A stretch of DNA of 63,093 nt, counting the filler, from Lenisia limosa (lineage: Eukaryota > Protista > Breviatea), in assembly GCA_001655205.1 (NCBI GenBank). It is 8 parts of 8 records of this genome, joined end to end, with 100 filler letters (N's around TTAATTAATTAA, not from the genome) between each part and the next. Parts side by side here need not be neighbours in the genome. Positions count along the whole stretch, not along the records: positions 1 to 26,273 come from LPNZ01007216.1; 7 more parts are not named here. One strand, given 5' to 3'. A program made the position numbers and the translations under genes. Positions 1-11,800 of this stretch are shown here, one piece after another. Position 1 is the stretch's first letter. Every line of letters begins with the position of its first letter. The notes below the pieces were generated by a model. It made no database searches and had not been told where the DNA came from. It saw only the letters and a list, made by a program, of their open reading frames with translations.

Positions 1-42
1 GGCCAGATACAACCTTATATTTTATTTTTCATTGCTATACAG

Positions 43-3000
43 TTTATGTATTCAATATTCCGGACCACCAATGTCCAACGGCTCACAGGATACGTCTCAC
101 CTTCCAGGATACGTCTCCAGCTGAAGCCGATGCGCCTGACCTTGGATCAATCCGCTCTCGAAATGATGATTATGTTCTTTTCGTCGCCTCCACAAGGCCT
201 GCCTCTGCCGTACAAGGACTACAACCCTGCGGTATGCATGGAGTTGTGCCTTTTTCATTGGGGGAGGGGGGGGGGTTTCTGTGGATGATATTTCGCCTTC
301 CTTGNNNNNNNNNNNNNNNNNNNNNNNNNNNNNNNNNNNNNNNNNNNNNNNNNNNNNNNNNNNNNNNNNNNNNNNNNNNNNNNNNNNNNNNNNNNNNNNN
401 NNNNNNNNNNNNNNNNNNNNNNNNNNNNNNNNNNNNNNNNNNNNNNNNNNNNNNNNNNNNNNNNNNNNNNNNNNNNNNNNNNNNNNNNNNNNNNNNNNNN
501 NNNNNNNNNNNNNNNNNNNNNNNNNNNNNNNNNNNNNNNNNNNNNNNNNNCCTCTGTACATATTGTTGCCGACTACTCTCCCCAAACAGTCAGCATTCCA
601 TCTCTTGTCACGTGAGCAGTGAACTGAACTGAACTGAACTGAGTTGAACTGAACTGAACTGTTGCGGAGAGATCACCCTCGGATTTTTACAAATCTGTCT
701 TTGCTATCAGTTTGACTTTCCAGTACTCTCCCCTCCCTGTTATAATCACTCCGCTCCATCAACTTAGATAATCAAAAACCCCACTCACACCTGTTATTCG
801 TTCATACATATATTCATATCCCCCCACCCATGTTTATCCAACAGAATTGATGTTAGCTTCCATAGTTTCCATTTTTACTTTTTGTTTCAAATTTGTCATC
901 TTTACCCCCCCCCCCTCAGTGGGCACTTTGAAGAAGCCCTCAACCTGCTGCCTGTTGCGAATGTGAAGCTGCAGCTGCCGCCATCACGCATATCAGGGGC
1001 TCGTGGCGCCTTAGGTGCGAGGACGTCACAGGTGGAAATTAATGCCTGAAATATCGGTAATAATAAAGGACTTATCGATAAATTCGGTCTTTAAATTAAA
1101 GTCCGATTTGTATTATGACATAACAGGACTGCAATATGGTCTGAAAAGACCAATGTTTTCTCAATATTTATCAATACCTTCAGTTATTTGTGGATATTAG
1201 CTTGAATTCTACGGATATGTCGTTCTCTTTTCTCTCATTATCCCCATTTGTGGAGACTTGCTAGATTGTCACATTCAAGAATTGGCTGAAATGCTTGGGA
1301 GGGAGTGGGTGAAGCATCTACACGTTGAAGAGATTGCCTTCAGGTTGGGGGTCGTGTTCTACAACTTCCAAATTGGAGGTTTTGAAGTACTTCATCAGTT
1401 TTCCTTAGCCATACGTCCCCGTGGGCCGTCATTTTCCAATCCTTACTCAGTCGCTTTCTTACCCTCTCCCCTGAACACCCCGGTTTTATTATTTTGTATT
1501 CCCGCCTGGCTTTATTTTATTGATCATATTTCCTTCACCCCCACCCCTAGGTACCTCTCCGCCCTTCAGCCCTTGAGAAGTGTCGTTAGGGTCACAAGTG
1601 GAGTAGCAGGCTTAGTCACAGCACCCATCACTCAGGCCCAGAAGGATGGGCGAGTCATAAAAGGTTCTTCGGGTCGAAATTTGCTCCTTTAAATAATAAA
1701 AAGAGCCAAAGAAGCAAATCAAGCGTTTCATCACCCCTGTCGTTTGAGTGGGCTTTACAAGGACCCATCTTACCCCCTCTCCCAGGTCTAAAGCGAGGCA
1801 TCTCGGATTTTGCCAGTGTTGTCGCGTCTGAGGTCCTGGACTTGGGTGCGGCCGTGAGCTCTTCCACGGCCCTTGCATTGGAAAAGGGTGGGTGAAGGGA
1901 AAAAAGCAGGCGTGAAAGGACTGGGAGTAAGGGACGAACAGTGGATGGAGCTCATAANNNNNNNNNNNNNNNNNNNNNNNNNNNNNNNNNNNNNNNNNNN
2001 NNNNNNNNNNNNNNNNNNNNNNNNNNNNNNNNNNNNNCAAAATAATGCACATGGACAGCATAAAGCAAAATTACACCTGAAAGAAATGCTATGAAGACTG
2101 GGGCACTGTTAATAAGTGCACCACCCCCTATGCTTACAGTCTAGTGGATAACGTTGTCGCCTCTTCCGACCCCGAAAGGCCGACTGAACGACAAAGACGC
2201 AAACTGGTTAGTGGAGAGGGGGAGGTAACTTCTGCAAGTGAGGGTATCAGACCGATTTAACGATTTAGCGCATAGTTCAGCCCACAAACGCGTCGGCTGG
2301 CGTCTCTCAGGCCGTAACTACAATGAAGACACACTTCACTTCAGCGGCACGGTGGAGGGGGGATTTACTTCAAATAAATAATACTGGAATATTAAAACGA
2401 ATAATCTTCCTTTTGTCGTACATACATGGTGATGATCCTTTTAACTAAATCGGTTTAACTCATTTTCAGGTCCCTCTCTGCCACTCCTGCTCTTCACTAC
2501 AAATCCGGCGGCGCTTCGGTGAGAGGGTTTGAAAACATGTATAAATACATAAATACTTCCGTGTAACTAGCTTCATTTCGGTCGGTTTTCGTTCAGTTTG
2601 GTCAAACCCTGAATACACTAAGATCGGTTCGGTGAAATGAAGCACTACGTACAACCCGGGATTGAAGAATAATATTAATAGCGCATGGGGATTGGATAAA
2701 CTGAAGCGTCTAATGAATGGACTAGAAAAAAATTTCAACTGCTACTACAGACTTATTTTTACCGCTTACTGCCTCGCTCTTTCAACTTCATATGAAAAGG
2801 AACTAAATTTCCTGGGTAGAAAATGGTTTCCGTCATTTTCACCATTATCCTCTCAATTCATCTCTACCCTATCACTACCTGATTAAGTATTGATGGTCTG
2901 GACGGCTTCGGCCCAGATTTATTGTTTATTTCTCATTGCTATATATTGATTAATGCTAATTGTTCATTAATGGGATATCAAGCATTTATTAATATACCTA

Positions 3001-3471
3001 GTCCCTCACCCCCTAACCTCCAGGCCTCCCTGGAGTCAGCAATGCGAGGTGTCCCTTCAGCGTTCCTTCATCCTCTTATCGGCACGGCTGACGCACTGTC
3101 CAAGGTGGGAGAAATTACACTGTTTTTGGTTTATTCAGGGATTTCACTGTTGTATCATGGACATAGAGTAGTTTCCGAGTCCACATTTTAAGTGACTTAA
3201 ACACTGCTTATGTCAGTTTTGCGTTAATCACTGCTAATTGTTTCTACTTACATAACGTGATTCCTTGTAATCCGAACAAGGCCGAGAAAATATCCATATT
3301 ATCGCAGATTATCAAAAAATAAAAAGACTGCTCTGATACAGGGATATTTATTCCAAATCTCAAGCAAATGAAACTCTGCCCCACTTTCATCCCAAACAGG
3401 TTTTGCTGGGAGCCCGAAATACAATTGCCCCGGACAAGCTCCGTGACGAGACGACTAAGTATAAGCACTAG
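43..3471 (+). CDS. ATG2: Autophagy-related protein 2, C-terminal exons (5' part outside the window)
   Basis: Spliced exons give RIRLQLKPMRLTLDQSALEMMIMFF, LQPLRSVVRVTSGVAGLVTAPITQAQKDGRVIKGLKRG, QPTNASAGVSQA and MRGVPSAFLHPLIGTADALSKVLLGARNTIAPDKLRDETTKYKH*. These match the ATG2 C-terminal region (compare LPIEQYRKDGRIVRG and VLGGMRNQIRPD). GT/AG junctions; TAG at 3469-3471. Confidence 0.9.
620..661. repeat. (GAACT)n microsatellite
   Basis: About eight pentamer units with one interruption. Confidence 0.85.
2568..2647. mobile_element. Related MITE in an ATG2 intron
   Basis: TAG(..)CTTCATTTCGG...CGGTGAAATGAAGCACTA; flanks cgtgtaac/cgtacaac (6/8). Confidence 0.65.
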
Positions 3472-3656
3472 GTTTTTGGGTTCTGTTTCATTCTTTCTTT
3501 CATATTTAAGTTGAGTTTTTCTGTTTTCTTAGTATTTATTCCTTCATGGAATTATGATGGATATTTCCTGTCTTATTGGTGAGCTAAGACCTTGAGATAC
3601 AATATTACATAGGGATAGCATTATGCACAATGTTGCTCTCACACACCAACCCTGCC

Positions 3657-6600
3657 TCAGTCACTCCCAGCTGCAAACCCCTCAAAAAAAGAATGGAAAT
3701 GATTATACAATTTCTCACTCTCAGTTCTGAATGGAATTTTTCTCACCAGTTCGTGATTTATTTTTTGTAAGCTTTGAGATATTCGCGTTAAAAAACGTGG
3801 GGGGGGGGGGGGNNNNNNNNNNNNNNNNNNNNNNNNNNNNNNNNNNNNNNNNNNNNNNNNNNNNNNNNNNNNNNNNNNNNNNNNNNNNNNNNNNNNNNNN
3901 NNNNNNNNNNNNNNNNNNNNNNNNNNNNNNNNNNNNNNNNNNNNNNNNNNNNNNNNNNNNNNNNNNNNNNNNNNNNNNNNNNNNNNNNNNNNNNNNNNNN
4001 NNNNNNNNNNNNNNNNAATTGACTGATTGGAAGGGGTTGACAGTCTCAACATATGCTTACCTTGAAGAAGGTGTACATTGCGGGCTCTGGTGAAATGCAG
4101 CTTTCAGTCATACCGGAGATGGTGTTGGAGTTCCTGAGAAGTGAGGACAGAATGCAACCGCCGTTGAATGACAAGATTCCCCAGTCTGTTATCGTATGAT
4201 GGATATCAAGTATTATATCATGAAATATTAAATCAAAAAGAGTACATCAGAATGAGGCCTTCCACACCACCAGATATCATCCAGCAGTTTGTTTCTTGCC
4301 CACATGAATCCGGCAGCGAAGTGAGTGGCACCGCATTGGCCTGTTACATAGAGCATATCGTGTCCATTGTGCACCGTGGTCGGGCTACATAGTCAAGTTG
4401 GGGAGAAGTGGTGTAGTAATGGATGGTGAAAGGTACAGTAATACTGAGGAAAATCCCAAAAAGACAAAAACTAATCCCCCAAAAACACACAGAATTATAA
4501 GGCATGACTGGGTGAATTAATAGCAGACAACAATAAAATATCTCTAAGTTTGATGCTGTAGACGGCTTCGTCCAGATTTTCGTCGCACCCCTCCCAAACT
4601 ATTCGCAAATGGCTGTGAGCTCAGCTGTGGCATCGTAGTATCCGTTTCCGTTGGTATTCGATACCATCACGTTGCCGTTTTCTGCGTTATAAACCAGACA
4701 GTTGGGGATTTGTGTCGATCACAATGTGAATTCGGAATTTTGGTCAATATGTACTGCAGCAGTACTCCCCCCGCCCAAAAAAAAAACAATCTGAGTATCT
4801 TTCAAGAGTTGCCACCCCCCACAACCGAAAATAATAAGAAAAAGCCACCCACCCAGAATCAAAATGGCTGAGAACGTATTGTGGCCGAAAGTGAGGACGT
4901 CGTAGTCACCAATGAAGGGGGCCTCGATCCAATAGAAGAGATTGTCTTCATAGTCAACAAACCTTCAAAATGAGAGCTGTTTTCGAAGAAAGGTTGTACT
5001 GTTTTTTGACTGTTTAGACGAGGTGAGAGGAAATCGTTAGTAAGACGAATACTGAGGTGTGGAGCATGAAGGTACAAAAAAAGGATAATTTGTTGCATTG
5101 TTATCATCTTCATATGAAAAAGGCAGTGTTTCTCTTACACCATAGAGTATCAATGGCTAGAGAACACCTAGATATTCAATGAACCTACTTTCCTTCAGTT
5201 TCTACCACCCCTCTGAAGTAGAAGCGTCCTGATGCTGAAAAATCAGATAAACAAACTTGTGAAAATGTAAGGGTTTAAAGCAAAATATGAACCATATATC
5301 ATATGCATATATATAATTATATGAGAATCATGTTTGGTGATATAAATACACTATATCACATAAAATGTATAATATACGATGAGAAAATATTGAAAGGTTG
5401 TATCTGGCATCAACAGGGAGATGACATATGATATAAATAAAGTACAATCGCATATTAGTATATAATTTGATAATAATGGTTTTATGATATGATAAATATA
5501 TGATATTATATATCAGCACGCACCAGTTCTCAGCAGGGTGTTGTAGGCGCTGTTTGAACCAAACTCGGGGCGCGAGTCTCCCTCGGGCATTGGCATCATT
5601 CTAAAGGGAATTAGCAGTGGTGGGCATTATGGTGGTTGAGTTATATATTCTTTGTTAACCCTCCATAAGCTGGCCGTAATAAATACGACATCAAGATTTT
5701 GAATTGTTTTTGGACCCGTTGTGAGTATAAACTATCGAATATAAAACCGAAAATTTATCGAAATATTCTGGATCAGAGTGAATCCCTAGATATGACCTAC
5801 TTGTTTGCCCCTTGACCGAGAGCGTAATAATGACCGCGGTCGCCCGAATAGTACGCTTGTCCTGGGAGGAGTATTAAAGAAGTGCTAAGCCAGAATGAAA
5901 CCTTGGTATGTAATTGGGGGAGCGGGTGGGAGGGGGGTTCAGTGACGCGGATAAACAAAACATACACCATTTTCAATAATGCAGACAAATTACCAGCATA
6001 CCCGAGGAGAGCGTAATCCAATTCGAGTGTCCACTTGACCGCACCGACACGGGGTAGCCGTGGGTGGTGGGAACCGCCTGAGGGGAGTAAAGTTGGAAAA
6101 TTTATGAAACTAAAAAGCCCAAAATCAACTCTGTTGGCTGACAACGCACGAGAGTTGATAACAACAAAACTAACAAAGCCCAAGCCAGTCGCTTCATATT
6201 AAACACTAATAGTATGTGGAGGAAGCCCATATTCAGGGTGAACACTAATAGTATTCAAAACCTTGTTTTAGCAAAGATTTCAGCCAATTTCGGCGTTGGA
6301 AATGGTAGTGGGTTAGATGAATTAGGCAACCAAGTACCCTCATACCACTTTATAGAGGGGAGTATACTGATATTGGGCTCCATCCACATAGAGACAGTCG
6401 TCAACGTTCAGTCCAAATGTATATACTTCCATGTTTGCTAAAGAAGTGTCAGGATTACTAATCATAGACAAAAAGGGGAGCTGGTAGATACTCTTGAGAT
6501 GATAAAAATTTAACAAAAAAACTTAAAGTAGTACAAGTACTTAACATTGAAGTAAGAGGAATAATTACAGCGACAAGAAAACATGACAATAAAAGCTTCC

Positions 6601-8513
6601 ATTTCAGTTCAGGACAAGTTTCGACATCATCAATATGGAGTCATTTCGAGGACTTAGCGATAATTCAGCTGCAAACAGCCAAAACCAAGCATGACTAACC
6701 AGTGAGAATCAAAAGGTGGTAGAATCCATAATCAATCTCCGCAATTTGGAAGGGCAGCGCATTGGCTGTCCATTCAGCTTGCACTGAAAAGTCAAAAGTG
6801 TCATGCTAACTTGTATGTTGCTCATAACTGCCTTCACCCCCCAAACTCAATGAGACGGGTTCGGAGCCGACAGTGTTTTCATTGACCCCTAAAAAGGGCA
6901 GTTGTCTTCCTGCCACCATAACGTGTGTTTCTAGAGGGATTAAGCAGGAAGATACCATGGTGTCTTTTGTGATTGCATGTAGACGTCCAAATTATGAAGC
7001 CCTCCATACTGTTCATTACAAAACTGGCCTGGTGAAAAATAAACGAGTAGTCCCATGACTCAGCAATATGCGAGTAGTCCAGAACAGTGTTAATGTACTA
7101 CAAAGTGAGGAAAACGACAATTGGAGCGTCCTCTTATGCCTTAGGGCATATCGATTAAGATATAAAGGTGAAAAAAATATTTATCAAGCACTTGAGTTCA
7201 CTCAACAGACCTCAATTTCGCTATTAAGAAATACGTTTGTCAAACTCTTGCCGCACCCAGCCAGTCCTGAGACAATGGAAAATAAGAGCCAAGTGGTTGT
7301 GGTGGCGTTGATAGATTGCAAAAAAGGATATCCGTCATGTAACTACACACCCAACCCCCCTCCCNNNNNNNNNNNNNNNNNNNNNNNNNNNNNNNNNNNN
7401 NNNNNNNNNNNNNNNNNNNNNNNNNNNNNNNNNNNNNNNNNNNNNNNNNNNNNNNNNNNNNNNNNNNNNNNNNNNNNNNNNNNNNNNNNNNNNNNNNNNN
7501 NNNNNNNNNNNNNNNNNNNNNNNNNNNNNNNNNNNNNNNNNNNNNNNNNNNNNNNNNNNNNNNNNNNNNNNNNNNNNNNNNNNNNNNNNCAGACATGAGA
7601 TTGCCAGCTCTATTATAAGAGATATTGGATTATAGTATTATACATTACAGACATTGATAAAAAAAGCAATAGGCGTTTTATACCGTCTTACCAGCGGGGA
7701 GAATTGGAAGCTCGCGACAGTTATGCCCTGGAGAGTGAAATAAAAACACATTGACGCGAATAGGGGTAAGAATACAATCTCAATCACCAAAATCAGCTAA
7801 TAATAATAATACTGGGTTTTTTCATTCTAAATCCCTGCTTTACAACCAGTTTCACTCATTCCGCTCCCTTACCTCTTGAGAATATCCACAATATGTAACA
7901 AAGAGAAAAGCAACTCTCATATTTGTGTTTCTGGAAAACCCTTGAAGGTTGCAAACTCCTACCCCCCCCCCCCCNNNNNNNNNNNNNNNNNNNNNNNNNN
8001 NNNNNNNNNNNNNNNNNNNNNNNNNNNNNNNNNNNNNNNNNNNNNNNNNNNNNNNNNNNNNNNNNNNNNTGTGACCGGTCCTGGCGGTTATCGAGGAGTA
8101 TATTTGATAAATAGATGTGCTTGTTAACTCTCATAGATGGCTGCAATTCACTCTAATAATATTGAATTGATAATTCATAAATAGAACAATAACAAAAATG
8201 AACCAGAAGAAAAACAGAATACATAATGAAATATGAGCCACCAAGTATTGCAGCTCTTTTAGAGTAATGAATGTAATGATTGTCGAAGACGGATTAAACA
8301 TGGCGGTTGGAGAAGGCAGTATTTCACCATGTTTTCTATTACCTCATATCGAATAGTGCATCTTCCAACAATAGAATAGCCATTATAAAACAATAGAATA
8401 GCCATTATAACAAGAGCATAGCCATTCACCGTCACCCCCAACTTTATAGACATTGTAACAGTCAGAAGACTCAGCGCGATGAAGAGAAGGAGGAGAGGTG
8501 CCCCCGCCATCAT
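3657..8513 (-). CDS. Secreted RCC1/BLIP-II-like repeat protein, multi-exon
   Basis: First exon MMAGAPLLLLFIALSLLTVTMSI is signal-peptide-like. Phase-consistent exons give IAEIDYGFYHLLILTANMEVYTFGLN, SGHSNWITLSSGQAYYSGDRGHYYALG and TFGHNTFSAILILENGNVMVSN, which resemble RCC1 repeats. Last exon GFAAGSD*. Exons between 7000 and 8250 are uncertain. Confidence 0.65.
6078..6197 (-). repeat. Intron 3'-end repeat, copy in the RCC1-like gene
   Basis: GAAGCGACTGGCTTGGGCTTTGTT...CAGCCAACAGAGTTGATTTTGGGC...TTTCCAACTTTACTCCCCTCAG ends at the predicted acceptor. Confidence 0.85.
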
Positions 8514-8822
8514 TGTTCCAAATCAAATTAGTGTCCTTCTCTATATCTAAACACAATCTCAGTCCGATCTCAATCAAGACCTTAATAATTTAACTATTAT
8601 CAATATTACCAACTTATCACGTTGGCCCCAAGCTCTTGGCCTGCGCTTGGTGCTTGCACGCTAAAGGTTATGATCTGAATGATCTTGACTCCAATTCATT
8701 TCATTTCTTCCATTTCTTCAGAAAACGCAGAACGCGTGCTAATCTCTCAATCACTTTCTCAACTGCAGTGTTGCAGCAGCACATACATAAGTGCTAATTA
8801 TCGGCTGCTGGTAAACAAAAAA

Positions 8823-11800
8823 TATGGACGCTGTTGTTCCTGTATGTGCAAAAGGTCATCCAAGCGACTCTTTGTCTACTCTCCATGTTATTGTGTCACC
8901 AGAAGAAGTGGTTGGTTGGATGGTTGGGTTAGTCAGAGAATAAAAGGAAGCCACTAACTCATAACCTCTAGCTCTCCTCTATCTTTTGGACTGACATAGA
9001 GAGGCCCCACTTTTTTTGCCCTCTCTTCTCTTTTTATCAGATCACATTTTTATAAAGCTAGTATGTTCTGCTGTCAGCCAAAATAGTTTTTTATCAATCA
9101 AGACATATATCCATTTCTTTTACTCAGTGACCTTTTTTGTCTTTTCCAGTATTAACGTAAAATAATATATTAAATGTCTCAAATTTGAATAGCAGGGATC
9201 GTTTTCCACATACGGGAAAAAAAATAATATTGCTATTCACCTCTTACACTCCCCTTGCGTTATTTACAATGGATTCTGCTTGGACAATGGTTTACCGACG
9301 GTACTTCAATGTCATGTTGGATTCTTTGTCCTATTTCTTTGGTTCCGTAATGTTTCACCCACCATGGACTCTCTAAAAACCATTACATTATTACGGAATA
9401 TCACATTTAAAGCAAAAAAAAAATAAAGCAAATTCAGTGTTTCTAGTTCTATTCTACTCTTGTTGGCTCATGTTCACAAGTGTGAACTGTCGTTTTTCAC
9501 ATCATGGTTTCAAATTGTTTTTTTATTATTATTGAATTCAAGTAACTAGCTTAGACGAGAAGCGAACTAAGACTTGACCGATGGAAAGGAAATGTAGGAT
9601 GCAACTTGCCTAACTTCTCAGACCCTCGACTCCAAAAGCCAGAGGTCTCTGGCGTCATCATATCAGAGCTCAAGAAAGTCGTATCTTGTAGGCAGTGTTT
9701 GCAACTCACGAAGCAGTCAAATGCCACAGATGAGGTGGAACAACTTGACGCTGCGCGAAGCCGTGGCAGATTCATGGTGTCCATTAAGTGCATCTTGGTT
9801 GTCATGTTGGTCGCCTTTGTTGCTTTGCTGACTTCGTAGGATGATCACAACTCTGGTTGTATTGTCTGCGTTTATCATGGGAGCTGCTATTTATATGTCT
9901 GAACGGCTTAATACAGAGAGTGAGAAGTTGTTTGCAACTGCTCTTACCAACTCAATAGAACAAGTTTGCAGGGGAATTTCTGTTCTAATGTTAATATTTG
10001 CCATTTCTAATTTACCAGGTCAATCAAGAAATGTCAAAAGCGGCTATCCTTCTATTGACTGACATTTTTGACGTAATCAGGGTTCCTTGAATTTGGGAAT
10101 CTGCTGATATGAAATGATAACTGCACTTCTGTTTTGATAATGTAGGAAACTATTCAAACCCTGTATGCAATGGCAGAAATGTCGGCCTTCACCCAAGGGA
10201 TGGACGATTGGGATGTCCTTCAGCACTTATACTGGAGGAAGGTCATGACGTCACCGTTCGCATACTGGATTGGGCTTGCATCTGAAGGCAAGCTGGTCAC
10301 AATATTATAATGGCTTGGGTTTTTCCCTGGTGTTACAATTTAGATTACATATTTGGATACGGAATTAGTGGAAGCGATTATCATCTGTGGCTTGTGTACC
10401 TCAATTCAACAGACGCCCCTCCTTCTTGCTCATTCTGCAACAACCAAACAGTAGGAATATACGTACTTCTCACCACCAGGTTGGATTCCTATATCTTTAC
10501 AATGTGGACTCAGTGGGGCGGCCGACATCGTTAATTTCTTCTTCTCTCTATCCCGAAGCCGACTACTTTTGGATGGAATATGGCTTTTCACACAGTCAAG
10601 GAGAACCTGTAGGGGGGGGGGGGCTGGATTAGCTTTATCTCTTGAAAAACGAGAGTTCAATATTATGGAATACATATCGATATTGTTAGGGATTGTTTTT
10701 CTCTGATATATGTAATATAAAATACCAGAAATCATATCATGTCTATCACGTCATATGGTATATCATATAGGTGACCTGCGAACCTACATGAGCGCGAACG
10801 CTTTTCGAATCAAACCCGGTCAAAAGTATTTCAAAATCACAAAATTGGTTATCACCAGATCAATAACGTCAATACACTACATTACACTTTAAAAGACATA
10901 AGAATATTTACTGAAGATGAAATCTGTCACCTAAAACAGGGTTATTTTAACAATAAAATGAATAGCAAATCTTAAAATTCTATTTTTACTTGCCGTCTGC
11001 GCAGGTGCTATTGGTTGATTATGAAATCCTTTCAAATGGAGCCATAAATTAAACAGTGAAAACAATGAGAGGTGGCATTTTGTTTGTGCGACAGGCATAA
11101 ATATCAATTAGGGTCTTTATTGGTCTTTTGTACAAAACAAAACTCAGGAAAACAAATGCGGGGTGCTAAACTAGCAAAAGGGCTCTGAAAAAAAAATGGA
11201 GAAAAGGGACAATGAACTGAACTGAAATTTAAGAGACTATTCTAGAAAAAAAATCCATTTCATTATTGAATATTATTGACAAATTATGAGTTAAAACGCA
11301 TATAATTGCGGATTTTTGGATGTTTCGAAAAAGCGTTCGCGATGCGGCCGTTCAAAATTCAATTTTTTCGGTACTTCAGTTTTTTTTTTTATATCTCTAG
11401 ATATACTATATTTTCATATATATGCATAATATACATATATATATCCGATATATNNNNNNNNNNNNNNNNNNNNNNNNNNNNNNNNTCACTCTTTTTGAGG
11501 AAAATAAGTCCAAAATAGGTCCCAGTTTGAAGCCTATATGTTAATTAATATTTTGAACGGCCGCATAAAGCTATGATAGAAATATAGTGTTGTATATATG
11601 ATATGATATAGTATGATATTTTACTTGGTATTTTATGTTCTTTTAGAAATGGTCCCCTTCCGGATTTTACAAATGGGCTAACGGAGACATTGGGCTTGAT
11701 GCTCTTTTCGCCATTAACAAAAACCAAACTAATCATTTTGACACTGCGCAATTGTTCAAACCAGGTATGGTCTCTGCTTTATTCTGGCTCTTCTGATGAT

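Noticed and set aside
86-118. 13-bp direct repeat CAGGATACGTCTC inside the first ATG2 exon
   Set aside because: The frame stays open through it; it could mark an alternative acceptor but nothing further supports that.
97-632. ORF-track entries containing long X runs, and most short ORFs
   Set aside because: They span N gaps or introns; the real coding sequence is split into short exons.
5290-5515. TA-rich intron tracts (also 11400, 24860, 37800, 60150)
   Set aside because: Low-complexity AT sequence with no conserved unit or position.
7235-7270. P-loop-like GLAGCGKS in a minus-strand exon
   Set aside because: Isolated short match in a secreted-looking protein with no preceding hydrophobic strand or Walker B; frame not established.
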